Below, piece by piece: positions 12,436-25,512 of a stretch of 64,000 bases of DNA. A model generated the notes under the pieces. That model had not been told where the DNA came from, did no database searches, and saw only the letters and a list, made by a program, of their open reading frames with translations. The position numbers were made by a program, and so were the translations under genes. Within the stretch, counting starts at the first letter, position 1, and the number at the start of each line of letters is the position of its first letter. Origin of the DNA: Octopus vulgaris (taxonomy: Eukaryota); assembly GCA_951406725.2 (NCBI GenBank), contig OX597831.1, positions 25,482,001 through 25,546,000 of the forward strand. The letters run 5' to 3'.

Positions 12436-13480
12436 AAAGAACACATATATATATATATATGCAATTACCATATTTAAATACCCACATTAGTTAATAAAAA
12501 AAGTTATACCTTTTGTGTGGGTGTGTGTATTCGTGCATGTGTGTGTGTGTATACATATGGAGGTAAATACACACATGTGTGTAGGTATGTGTGCATGTAT
12601 ATACATACAAACGTGCATATATATATGTGTGTCTGTGTGTTACTTTCATTTATAGGAGTATTAAAATATTTTTCCCTTATTGTGCGTTATTGTTTAAAGT
12701 TATAAAGATGAGTATATTGAATATAGTCTAATGCCCTTGATAATTGATCCACCCATCAAGTCTCCTGGGGTTAAACAACAACACCAGCAATCAACTCAGC
12801 AACCATTAAACATAATCCATGCTGAAAACTTCTATATTTTTCCCTAGAACTGTCCATAGTCAAAAGCTTATACAGGTCAGGGTCAGTGGGTGAGAAACAG
12901 ATGGTTAATTGGAGCCGGACTGGTTTCTTTCTAAACAAAACGTCTGATGGTGGAGACTCTGTATATTGTTGGGAGAGAAGCGTGTTGGTTCGTTTTATGC
13001 CTCGAGATCAACAAGATAACAAATTATTATCAGTAAACGAACTACTAAAAACTAAGAACAAAAATAACTGTACACAGACACATTTATTTTATATTTAAAA
13101 CACAAATTAATATTTATGTGCGTATGCCTATGTATGTCTTCATACGTTGTGCATGTATGCATATGACTGTGTGTGTATGTGTATATATATATGTATGTGT
13201 GTGTTGTTTGTGTGTGTATACCTGTGCGAATATATATGTGGGAGTGTTGCATTTGTGTATATGTGTGTTATATTATGATGGATGTATGTAATAGAATATG
13301 CTTGCTAAGGTATTTAACCATTGCTTTATTAGGGCACTAAAACATGCTTGTTCCTCATAAACACACACAAATTATGTTTTGCTTGCTAAACCCATTAGGA
13401 TATTTGGAGTTATCATGTTTGGTCGAAACTAAACTATTCAATTTTTACAGTATTTATATTTAGAAAATACACTACACTCT

Positions 13481-13708
13481 TTAATCTTTTTGTTACCAAC
13501 CCGGCTGAAACCGGCTCTGGCTCTGAGTACAAATATCTTGCTTTCATAAGTTTTGAATTAAAATCTTCCACCAAACCTTAGTCACAATTTATGTTCCTAA
13601 CACTAGCTTCATGATAACTAAGTTATTTTAATAAATTCTTTGTTACATTTAAAGTAATTGAAAGAAACACAGAGGATCTCAAAATAAATACAGTAACGAA
13701 AGGGTTAA
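13481..13708 (+). mobile_element. piggyBac-type MITE, family P1
   Basis: TTAA at both ends; terminal TTGTTAC...GTAACGAAAGGG; reverse-complement copy at 34088-34319. Confidence 0.8.
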
Positions 13709-13750
13709 TGAACTGAGCTGCAGCCTTTACAGGATCTTAAAACAGAATGC

Positions 13751-13978
13751 TTAACCCTTTAGCATTCAGAATACTCTGTCAAATGTAATGCTTATTTATT
13801 CTTATTGTTCTGTATTAACCATGCATTATCTTGTGGCTTTGAGATTTCAGTGATGTGATTGTAATTTTTTTTTATTTTTAAAATGACATTATGGGGAATG
13901 TGGAAGCGGTTGGATCTGGCCAGTTTAAACAGGCAGAATATTTTGGTCAGATATCGCAGTTTAAATGCTCAAGGGTTA
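13751..13978 (+). mobile_element. piggyBac-type MITE, family P2
   Basis: TTAACCCTTTAGCATT...AATGCTCAAGGGTTA terminal inverted repeat; reverse-complement relatives at 33871-34091 and 49620-49848. Confidence 0.8.
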
Positions 13979-14082
13979 CTAATGCAATAACTGCAATCTA
14001 GCACTTCTTTTCAAGCTGTATTATTTTTTTATAACATAACCTGTAAACGTTTTTTGACTACCAAATTAACCAGTAGCTGATT

Positions 14083-14129
14083 TACTAATGGCCATTATTT
14101 TTTTCTCTTTCTTCTTCTTACAGGTAAGA
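14083..14129 (+). promoter_or_regulatory. Candidate recursive splice site (branch point + polypyrimidine tract + CAG|GTAAGA)
   Basis: TACTAAT at 14083-14089, TTTTTTTCTCTTTCTTCTTCTTA, CAG at 14121-14123 directly followed by GTAAGA. Confidence 0.5.
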
Positions 14130-14677
14130 TATATATATATATATATTCATTTCACTGAAGGAATATGTTTGGTTCTGTCAGAAAACCTGGTTTAGATGGT
14201 AAAGAGAAGGTAATGTTTTTATTTCCTTGCTTGTAACAGACATTCATTTGGAAAACACACTGCTCCGCATTCCTCCAGTTCGCTCACCTGTAGAAATGAG
14301 ATGCGATGTCACTGGTTCCAAGCTGTATCGGCGTTTGCTCTTCCCTTGGATAACATCGGTGGCATGGAGAGGGAGAGACTGGTGACGCATGAGCAATTGC
14401 AGGTCTTCCATAAACAACCTTGACCAAATTTGTGCCTCTCTAGCTGCAATCCTATGGTCATTCCCGACTGAAAGGGGTCTTTACTCTTCCTTAATGTTAG
14501 TTTTAATGCTATAATAAAAGCAATTTTACTTTAGACTGAAGGGCTATTCAATACATTTGGTAGCATACGAATTTATTATTCTTTAACAGTAATGGTATTA
14601 ACAGGGACCTTGAAACAGGGACCAGCTAAACCATCAATGGATAATTTAAAACTTAAAAGTCATTGCCAATTCTATTC

Positions 14678-14713
<36 letters not shown>

Positions 14714-15276
14714 GTTTAACGTCCGTTTTCCATGCTACCATGGGTTGGACAGTTCAACTGGGGTCTGGGAAGCCAGAAGGCTGTGCCAGGCCCAGTCTGA
14801 TCTGACAGTGTTTTTACAGCTGGATGCCCTTCCTAACGTTAAATGGATAATAAATTCTTGTTAAAGGATAATAAATACACACACACATCACATGACAGTT
14901 GTAAAACAAAAGTGTCTTATACTTATAGACCCTGGCAACCAAAGCCTTGTGAGTGGTGTATATAGATGTGTGTGCGTATGTGCCTTTATGTCTGTGTTTG
15001 TCCCAACCACCACTTGACAACAGGTGTTGTTATGTTTACATCTCTGTAACATAATAGTTCGGTAAAAGAAACTGATAAATTAAATACTAGGCTTAGTGAC
15101 AGAAATAAATACTGGGATTGATTTGTTTGACTAAAATTCTTGAAAGCAGTGCCCCAGAATGGCCTTAGTCTAATGACTGAAATGAGAAAACGATAAACAA
15201 TTGGTCACTTCCGCAATGTAACTACACGTGTGCCATTGATGATTTCTTTTCCATCTTTGGAATTTTCTCTTTCTCC

Positions 15277-15309
15277 TTTCTGACAAAGAGCTATGCTCGA
15301 AATGTCAAA
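15277..15309 (+). ncRNA. Degenerate minimal type I hammerhead ribozyme motif (Penelope-type) in a ~200-bp repeat
   Basis: TTT-CTGACAA-A-GAGC-TAT-GCTC-GAAA-TG-TC-AAA; core has G8A, so probably inactive. Confidence 0.5.
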
Positions 15310-15470
15310 CTCTCTCCTTTCACCAAGTGTCAATCTAATACATTTTTTGTGCACATCCTCACATTCATTTTTTGTCCTGTTTTTCGTATGTTTTAATTTT
15401 TTTTTTATTTCTTCATTTGAATTGACGATATATACATATATATATATTCACACACACACACATTTGTATG

Positions 15471-15513
<43 letters not shown>

Positions 15514-15613
15514 GGAAGGTTTACGAAAATAAACAAAAGACGAAGGCAGGTGGAGTACAAACAAACAAATGTATTAGTATAGCGCTCAGGAATAGAAATA
15601 GAAAAAGAAAAAG

Positions 15614-15651
15614 TCTTTTACGTTTCGAGCCTACGCTCTTCGACAGAAAGA
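15614..15651 (-). ncRNA. Minimal type I hammerhead ribozyme variant in a (TA)n-flanked element (15510-15660)
   Basis: Minus strand: TCTTT-CTGTCGA-A-GAGC-GTAG-GCTC-GAAA-CG-TA-AAAGA; 5-bp stem I, 4-bp stem II, palindromic ACGT stem III. Confidence 0.62.
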
Positions 15652-15659
15652 TACACACA

Positions 15660-15697
<38 letters not shown>

Positions 15698-15706
15698 ATG
15701 TATATA

Positions 15707-15758
<52 letters not shown>

Positions 15759-15944
15759 CAATTTTAAATACTGTTGGATTTTTCTCATAAGGTATTGGAA
15801 TCTTACATATATACCATTCTACCTAAAAAATGGATCTACAAATTCAATATCCCTACATATCTCACATCTATTTTCTTTCCCCCACCTCACTCTCTATTTT
15901 CTATCCTATCTAAATTAAATATTACTTGACCATCCTTTCACACC

Positions 15945-15996
15945 GTCTCCGATGAAGGGATATAAGTAATAAATATCCTGGAAACAGCTGTAAGAC
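15945..15996 (+). ncRNA. Type I hammerhead ribozyme variant with palindromic stem III in a (TA)n-flanked element (~15755-16060)
   Basis: GTCT-CCGATGA-A-GGGATAT-loop-ATATCCT-G-GAAA-CAGCTG-TA-AGAC: stem I GTCT/AGAC, stem II, palindrome ACAGCTGT, GUA cleavage triplet. Confidence 0.68.
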
Positions 15997-16368
15997 CTTC
16001 TATCTATAAATGTTCTAATATCTACACAGCCTTGGTTTTTAATCTCATTGCGCAAAAATTTATATATATATATATATGTACATATTTATATTTATATATA
16101 CATATGTGCATGTACACATACAGATATATACATACACACTACATGGTGTGTCTGTGTAATACAGACATAAATGCATATATATGTACATCCTAGATGGCTA
16201 TATAGTGACACATGTACATATCAATTAATATGTAACTTATATGCAGCAGTTAGTATTAATAGAAGAAGCAGTGTTTCACTCATCACTGAATTTTTTAAAA
16301 ATAACTATGAATTATGTGTGTCTAATAATGTAAATTAATATATAAATATACACAAAAATAAATCTACA

Positions 16369-16413
<45 letters not shown>

Positions 16414-18067
16414 ATATATATATATATATACAACTAAATTTATGCTTCTACATATATATATATTTATATATACGAATAAATTTATGCTTATATATATATA
16501 CACAAGTAAATTTATACTTATATATATATATGTATATATATGTATGTATATACGAACATGAGCGTATGAGTGCTTCTGCAACTGTATGTATTTGCATGTG
16601 TGCCGGCTCCAAAATTTGTTTTGGCATCATGTAAAAGAGTTTTAGTGTTTTAGATTTGTTTTTATCTCTTTGTTTATGGGGGGATTTTTTTGTTGTTTTT
16701 TTTTGTTGGATTTTTTTTGTTTTTTTTTAGGTTGCTAAGGAAGGGGGTAGGTGTTTCTTCACATTTCTTAGCAAAATATTTAGTTTACTACACCCAGTAT
16801 GAAGCGAACTGTTTATTTTTCCTGAAAAATCCTGACCAGACAAATCTATCTCTAAGATGTGAACAAAAAAATACACAAAGAAAACCATTTTTTTTTATCA
16901 GGATATTGTTTAGAAGAAGAAACAAATCTTCTCTAAATATAATGTATAGCTTGCTGTTCATGTGATGCAAAGGTTGAGGGATTCTTTTATCATTTATTTG
17001 TTGGTTGGTTTCTAATTATATATTCATTTTTTTATTTATTTTCTATCTCAGTTTAATTTTGTTCATTTTTTTTTTTAGTTTTTCTTTTACTTTATTTCAT
17101 TTATTTACATATATTCCATCGCCCTTGCCAAACAATGAGTTCATTGGTTAAAAGTTTCCATCAGGTCAATCAGTGGTTCCTTGTGTTTCTGATTTCTAAC
17201 GGAATGTTAGCTAGATTGAGTTTCGGTTGGTTGGCAGTTCTTATGTTTTGAACTTGATGAACCAGATACGAAATCATTTATATTATAGCTTGGCTTGTTC
17301 ATTATATCAGCTGTTTTCCTCTCTCACTGAGGAGCTCTACTTTTACCAAACTCTGATTCTCTTATCAATTTACTGATCTGCTAGAATTAATAGCCAAACC
17401 TCCCTCAAATCACAGCTTCTAAAAACAAGACATTGAATGGATAATTTAGTCAAATCCACTCACAAGGATTTGGTCGGCCTGAGACTATAGTAGAAGACAC
17501 TTGCCCAAGGTGTCATGCAGTGGGACTGAACCCGGAACTATGTGGTTGGTAAGCAAGCTATTTACCACATAGCCACTCCTGCGCCTATGTGTGCATATAT
17601 TTCTAGCTATTGGTGCTGAAATAGCTGAATAATTAAAAAAGTTTGCTGCCTTGCAATCATGCGGTCACAGTTTCAATCCCACTTCTGTAATTAAGTTTCC
17701 TTAAAGAAATTGCAGAAGCAGAAACTGTGCTGAACCACCATTATATGTATGTGTGTGTGTATGTGTGTGTGTGAGTGCCACATGAAAGCACTCATGCTAG
17801 TGCCATGTAATAGCACTTGTATTGGTGCCACCTAAAAAATGCCATCCAGCACACCCTGTAAAATGGTCGACATTAGGAAGGGCATCCAGCCATAGAAACC
17901 AGCAAAATCAGACTGGAAACTTGTGCAGCTCTCCTGCTAGTCAGCTCTGGTCAAACTGTCCAGCCCATGCTAGCATGGAAAACATCTATTAAATGATGAT
18001 AATGATGATGAAATGTATGTCTACTTTCATAAAAGTGGTACATTTTGTATTCTTGTTTATTATTATT

Positions 18068-18114
<47 letters not shown>

Positions 18115-18124
18115 TTTGCATTAT

Positions 18125-18281
18125 GAATTCAGAATTGACTTCCCAATTAAAAATAGATCGTATCCCAATTGAAGAATAAATTGAATTGAGAATAACAAAT
18201 TTCTATATAACATATTTTGTATTTTTCTTCCAATATATAAGAAAAAATTTCATTCCTGGGCAACGCCGGCTGCCTCTGCTA

Positions 18282-18282
<1 letters not shown>
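18125..18282 (+). mobile_element. Helitron-like 3' terminus
   Basis: CCTGGGCAACGCCGGC imperfect hairpin followed ~10 nt later by CTAG|T (18279-18283), matching the typical Helitron 3' end; 5' boundary uncertain. Confidence 0.55.
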
Positions 18283-18313
<31 letters not shown>

Positions 18314-19286
18314 TTCGATAGCTAAGTAAATTAATTTGGCATCTTAAAGACAATAATATAGATTTTAAGTTAGATTGGTTCATACTGTCTGTATCCTTTC
18401 CTTTTGATAAGGGGAGGAGATTTTGTAACATTTGCAACTCTGAACTCTTCCATATTCTCTTCTCTAATGTTCCCCTTGTAAACACACTCATAGAGAAATC
18501 GTATAAATGTAAACACTGGCAGAAACATACTTTTTACTCATATAAATGATTACGATAGTCATTGTGGTTTGAACAATTAGCTTAATGTGCACTCCACTTC
18601 AATAGCGAAATTCTTTCCTAAGCCTTTGAACATTCTTTTAATCAACGTACCCTTCCCTCTCCACTTGTTCCCTACCTATCATTCCTTTAATGCTTCTCTT
18701 CCTACTATCTAACTTTGACGTCAATTCTACTAACGGTTTTTTTAAAACACTTATTATCGTTTTGTTTACCATGTAGGCAGTCATCGCAATTTTTGTTTGT
18801 CTTGTTGTCGAGAAAGGCTCCCTTTCTTTCCTGATGAGAAGATTGCATCTTGCACCATTTATTCCTTTGGAATGAAACCATGTTGTCTTCGAAACATATG
18901 TTGAGAGTAAAGGAATTTTGTTAACATCTTCGTTCAACTACATTCATTTATTTATTCATCATCATCATCATCATCATCATCATTTAACGTCCGCTTTCCA
19001 TGCTAGCATGGGTATATATATCTATATATATATATATGGCAGTGCATCAGCATGGCCGCATCTCTGAGCTGAAACTAGAGAAAAAAAAAAAATATATATA
19101 TATATGCACACACACATGCTTTATATGTTAGCTTGTGTATCACAGTACCATCGTGATGGTCCAGAATGTTCTTCTGTAAAGCTAATTGCGTGCATATTGT
19201 CCTATTCTTTTCTTGATGACAACCATTTTGTTCACTACTTACAACATGCAATCATATAATATGACTATATTAATACTAGGAATCAC

Positions 19287-19319
<33 letters not shown>

Positions 19320-19599
19320 GTGTGTGTGCATGGCCATAGTCAAATGACTGAAACAAGTAAAATAAAAGAATATGTATATATATATATATATAAGTCTGTG
19401 TGTGTGTGTGTGCGCGCACGTGTACAAACGTGCGTGTGCATGTGTACACCTGTGCGTCCGCATATGTATATCTACTTTTATGTTTTTTCGGCAGAAGTTA
19501 AGGTAACTCAAGGGCCAAGAATTTCATGCATGGCACTTATCAAATGCCACGGCTTGAAACTCTTGAATCATTTTGATACTGTTGCCAATTAAAAATAAT

Positions 19600-19601
19600 A
19601 A

Positions 19602-19656
<55 letters not shown>

Positions 19657-19910
19657 CATACATACATACACATATATACATATACATACATGTATGTATA
19701 TATATATATATACATACATACATACATACACATATATACATATACATACATGTATGTATATATATATACATACATACATACACATATATACATATACATA
19801 CATGTATGTATATATGTATACATACATACATACATACATACATATACATACATACATACATACATACATACACATATATACATATACGTACATGTATATA
19901 TATATATATA
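19600..19910. repeat. Compound (TA)/(TACA) microsatellite with higher-order ~55-60 bp periodicity
   Basis: The block CATACACATATATACATATACATACATGTATG recurs several times. Confidence 0.9.
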
Positions 19911-20564
19911 TTCATGCTGTCAGGTCTATTTATCTTGTTTTTATTACCAAACATATGTATGTCTAAGTATTGTTAAAAATATATGTATGGATGTGTGTGT
20001 GTAGGGGGGTATATGTGTGTGCATGTGTGTTTATGCATATATGTATGTGTATATATGTCTGCACTTTTATGTATGTGCGTACTTAAGCTAAAGAGCTGAG
20101 AATTTAAAAAGCATAGTTTAAATTTGCAGCTTACTTTCCCTTAACCACCTTTTCAAATATACATTTATTTCACATAAAGAAAACACAGGCAACCACACTA
20201 CACCATCACAAACACTCATACACACATAGACGCACATACTTATGAACTTACATACGCACACAGCCACACATTGTAGTTAGTAATGTAATATAAATATTGA
20301 TGTATTTTTCATGGCATTCTTCCCTGTTCCTAATTAGGGACAACCACAGAGTTTTAAGAACTTAAGAACAGATGCATTAAGAAAATTTGTTTTGAATTTG
20401 ACCTGCATCAGAAGCGCTAGCCTTTGGAGAGATTACTTCATGTTTATCTATTTTTTATCTAATTATCTATTATTTATATATGTATTAAATTTCTTTTTTA
20501 TTGTCTGGTGCCAGATGCGTTGTTCAAAGGGATTTATTATAGTCATCTTTCTTCTTTCTTTTCT

Positions 20565-20965
20565 TTTTCCTTGTTTCAGTCATTTTGACTGTGGCCATGC
20601 TGGAGCACCGCCTTTAATCGAGCAACTCGACCCCGGGACTTATTCTTTTGTAAGCCCAGTACTTATGCTATCGGTCTCTTTTGCCGAACCGCTAAGTAAC
20701 GGGGACATAAACACACCAGCATCGGTTGTCAAACAATGCTAGCGGGACAAACACAGACACACAAACATACACACACACACATATATATATACATATATAC
20801 GACGGGCTTCTTTCAGTTTCCGTCTACCAAATCCACTCACAAGGCTTTGGTCGGCCCGAGGCTATAGTAGAAGACACTTGCCCAAGATGCCACGCAGTGG
20901 GACTGAACCCGGAACCATGTGGTTGGTAAGCAAGCTACTTACCACACAGCCACCCCTGCACCTAT
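20565..20965 (-). mobile_element. SINE family A, young full-length copy
   Basis: Near-identical reverse complement of 30852-31250; CpGs retained. Confidence 0.9.
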
Positions 20966-21184
20966 GTAAAATATATATATAAATCTTCTCACTGCAAAAT
21001 GCGAAAGAACAAATAAATGCAAATACAAACAAAAGTGAACACACCTGTATTGAGTCACCATTAAAAAGGAAATACATTTTGTTTAAAGTACCAATCTATA
21101 TTTTCATATATTGGGTTGTCCGGAAACACAGACACCAAGGCATACACATATACATACATATACATATATATATATATATGTGTA

Positions 21185-21515
<331 letters not shown>

Positions 21516-23779
21516 CAGGCTTTTTTCAGTTTCCCTCTATCAAATCCACTCACAAGGTTTTGGTCAGCCTGAAGTTATAGTAGAATGCACTTGCCCAAGA
21601 TGCCATGCAGTGGAACTGAACCCAGAACCATGTGGTTGAGAAGCAAGCTTCTTATCACACAGCCATGCCTGTTAACTCACTCAGTACCAATCTTTCTGAG
21701 GCAATCTCTGATTCTATTGAAGTGTTTCTATTTATATTTAAACCTTTATCAAAATACTGGGGTGAATGTAATTGCCTTGTTCTTCCCTTCAAAATTACTG
21801 CCCTTCAACCCAGCAACAGACCATAATCCCATTCAGGGCAAATGCTGTGACCTTGGTCATTTATGTGTCATGGAAACTGGGCAATCAGCCTTACGGTTCC
21901 TGAGGCTCAAGAAAATTAATTTGGGGTGGGTGAGGCAAAATTGCTTGCCTTGAACCCTGCATTGGACCAACATCCCATTCAGGAGAATTGTTGTGATATG
22001 GGATGCTTGAATTTCATAGAAACAAGGTGGTGAGCTGGCAAAAGCATTAGTATGCCAGGCGAAATGCTTAACAGTATTTCATCTGCCGTTCAAATTCCAC
22101 CAAGGTCGACTTTGCCTTTCATCCTTTCGGGGTTGATAAATTAAGTACCAGTTACACAATGGGGTCGATATAATCGACTTATTCCGTTTGTCTTTCCTCG
22201 TTTGTCCTCTCTGTGTTTAGCCCCTTGCGGGTAGTAAAGAAATAAGAAATAGGTATTCTATCTGCCGTTACGTTCTGAGTTCAAATTCCGCCAAGGTCAA
22301 CTTTGCCTTTCATCCTTTTGGGGTCGATAAATTAAGTACCAGTTACACACTGGGGTCGATGTAATCGACTTAATCCCTTTGTCTGTCCTTGTTTGTCCCC
22401 TCTATGTTTAGCCCCTTGTGGGCAATAATGAAATAAGAAACCAGGTAACAAGCCATATGATTCCTAAGGGTCAAGAAAAATAAATAAATAAGAAACACAG
22501 GCACATGGTCTTTGAAGGCAGGGAGTTATTCAGTGACATTGACTCACTACATAACTAGTACTTTATTTTACCAATTCATACCAGCATCAAAAATGAACAT
22601 AAATTGATGATGACGAATCTCGGAAGGATAAATAACAAACTTGGCTTTAGCAGGAATTGAACTCAAAACTCAAAAATATAAAAATGAGTAATTAAATTCC
22701 GTTAGCTTCTTTGCTTCTTGCTCTATGGAATTTTCTGTTCTTTCTTTGCTGATAAATTTATCATTGTAACAAAATTAATATAATGACTTTATCATCTTAA
22801 CAAAATTAATATTTTTCTAAACACCTGATGTTCTTCTAATTGAGCTATGTAATGTTGTTTTATACATTAATATAATTTTTTTATTATTTTTCTCTTAATA
22901 TCATCATCACATAAATGGTTTGAGTTAGAAATCAAAATTACATCCTATTTTCGAGAAGTGAAATCTTGGTGTAGTAATGCTGGACGAAATGCTTAGCAGT
23001 ACTTCATCTGCTGTTACGTTCTGAGTTCAAATTCCGCCGAGGTCGACTTTGCCTTTCATCCTTTCGGGGTCGATAAATTAAGTACCAGTTACGCACTGAG
23101 GTCGATGTAATCGACTTAATCCCTTTGTCTGTCCTTGTTTGTCCCCTCTATGTTTAACCCCTTGTGGGCAATAAAGAAATAAGTAACAAGGAGCCCTCTT
23201 CATGTTCAGCTCAACCTTCTAATAACAGCAACCAAATATTCTTCAAATCACTCCCAAATTTTTTTAAAAGAGGAAAACTATATTATATAGTATAAGCCTT
23301 GATGTACCCTGCCTGAGTTTAAGATGGGATGGTCAGGGCTGGTATGTCTTTAATTATAGGTTTGAGGGATCAGGAACAACCTGGGGCTGAATACAATATT
23401 TTTAATGCTGCGGGCTTACTTTCTTTTACTAATGCCATCCAGAAAGATATGGCTGTCAACCTCTATATGTTACCTGCTTCAAAAAATTTAATGCTTACTC
23501 TTCCATCCTCCACGGTTACCAGAAATTATTCTCAGGGTCACAACTCAAATTGTATTGTTTTTTTTAATCTTTTATCTTTAACTTGTATTAGTCTTTGTAC
23601 TGCAGCCATGCTGGGGCACCACCTGGGAAGGTTTTTAGTCAAATATACCAACACCAGTACTTTTTTTTTTAAGCCCGGAATTTATTTTGTTGGTCTTTTT
23701 TACTGAACTGCTAAGTTAAGGAATGTAAGTGGAACAACACCTATTATCAACTTGTGGTGGGGCACAAATACAAAGACAA

Positions 23780-23815
<36 letters not shown>

Positions 23816-25162
23816 CAAATAAATTTAAAAACAGAACACAAAGGAAATATTCTCTGTTTTTAATTTTATTTGATATATTCTCTCTCACCTCTGCCACTAT
23901 CTGGCATATACAGGTGCTTACACTTCTCAAATATTCACCCTAAATTTACAGTACCTACTATATATATATATACACACATATACAATGAGCTTCTTTCAGT
24001 TTCCATCAACTAAATCCACTTAGAAGGCCCAAAGCAACCAAAACTTTAATAGAAGGCACTCACCCAAGGTGCCACAAAGTAAGACCGAACCCAAAACCAC
24101 GTGCATGGCTGGAAAGCAAACTTATTACAATACAGCCATGCCTTCTAATGTTGTTTTTTTTTTGTTTTTTTTTATGTTTTTTCAATTTCTTCCAATTTAT
24201 TTTGCTATGATTGCATGAATTGAATGAATTTGAAAATTCTGGCATTTTCATGCTGAAGGATTGTACTTTTTCTATATATTTGTAATAAAATCGGTTTAGA
24301 GTGAACTAATTGGTTGTTTAGTAACTTAACATTAAGTAAGTTCATTGATGTCGAACAAATTTAGGTACCCCAACCAGCAGCTCAACATAAAGGCTATACT
24401 AAAATTTGAGAACATGACTACGTATTCTAAGGTGCACCACAATAACCCCTGTACCATTATAACACACTCGTATATGTGAATTAGAGAAATTTCTTCACAC
24501 TGCTATTATCTCCTGCAAAAGGTTTCATATTCCTTTATTAAGTTCAGTTCTGCTGATTAACAACTTTTGAAGAACATATACCTGCCGTTAAGTCCCGAGC
24601 ACAATTTGGCTGGGTCAATCATGCGAGGAAGCAGCATGTCTGAAACAACTACCATTAGTTCTTATAGTTCTTATACAAGAATAGCTTTCCTCTAACATCT
24701 GTTACATCGATATAGATTATTTGTTCAATAATGGCAATGCTTTATGATATTTTTGCAGCTGAGAGACCCATCTTCCTATAAATGTTGACTTGTATTTTAT
24801 GAGTAACTTCTCAGTAGATTTGAAGACTGTTTCAGATTTGATGTTCTTCCAATATTTACAATGTTGATATTTTTCAATTGGCTCCTTGTCTTTATTCCAT
24901 TAACCTCCCATGCAAAACGATTCTACTTTTTAATGTATCTAATTCAAGAAGATCTGCTAATTTTATATGCATCATTTCTTAAATAAATATCATAACATAA
25001 GTCGAGTCTTTTTGATGATGGCTGAGATTCTAATATTTCTTGTTAATTGAGGCTGACTTTGAATGTGATACACACACACATACACATATATATATGTATA
25101 AATAGATGTACATGCATTTACACATATATATGTGTGTATATACATGCATTTATATATAAATA

Positions 25163-25213
<51 letters not shown>

Positions 25214-25262
25214 GTATATACATACATACACGTTTGTATGTACATGCTTTTATATATAAATA

Positions 25263-25299
<37 letters not shown>

Positions 25300-25369
25300 G
25301 TATTTTTTTTTGTACATGCATTCATGTATATATATATATGTGTGTGTATATATATATATATATATATGT

Positions 25370-25512
25370 AAAATATGATTGCCAACTAAATGTGGCAGTC
25401 ACATAGAGGACAATGCTACTGCTGTTTTTAGCCCCAGGAGGGCATCTGGGCTAAAAACAACACTAGCATCATCCTCTATGGGACTGCCACATTTAGTTGG
25501 CAATTATATTTT
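25370..25512. repeat. Long inverted repeat (~66-bp arms, ~10-nt loop)
   Basis: AAAATATGATTGCCAACTAAATGTGGCAGTC...TTTTTAGCCC pairs with GGGCTAAAAA...GACTGCCACATTTAGTTGGCAATTATATTTT with a handful of mismatches. Confidence 0.92.

Noticed and set aside
20726-20929. Recurrent peptide YDGLLSVSVYQIHSQGFGRPEAIVEDTCPRCH resembling a multigene family
   Set aside because: Antisense translation of SINE family A; frame is broken at random among copies.
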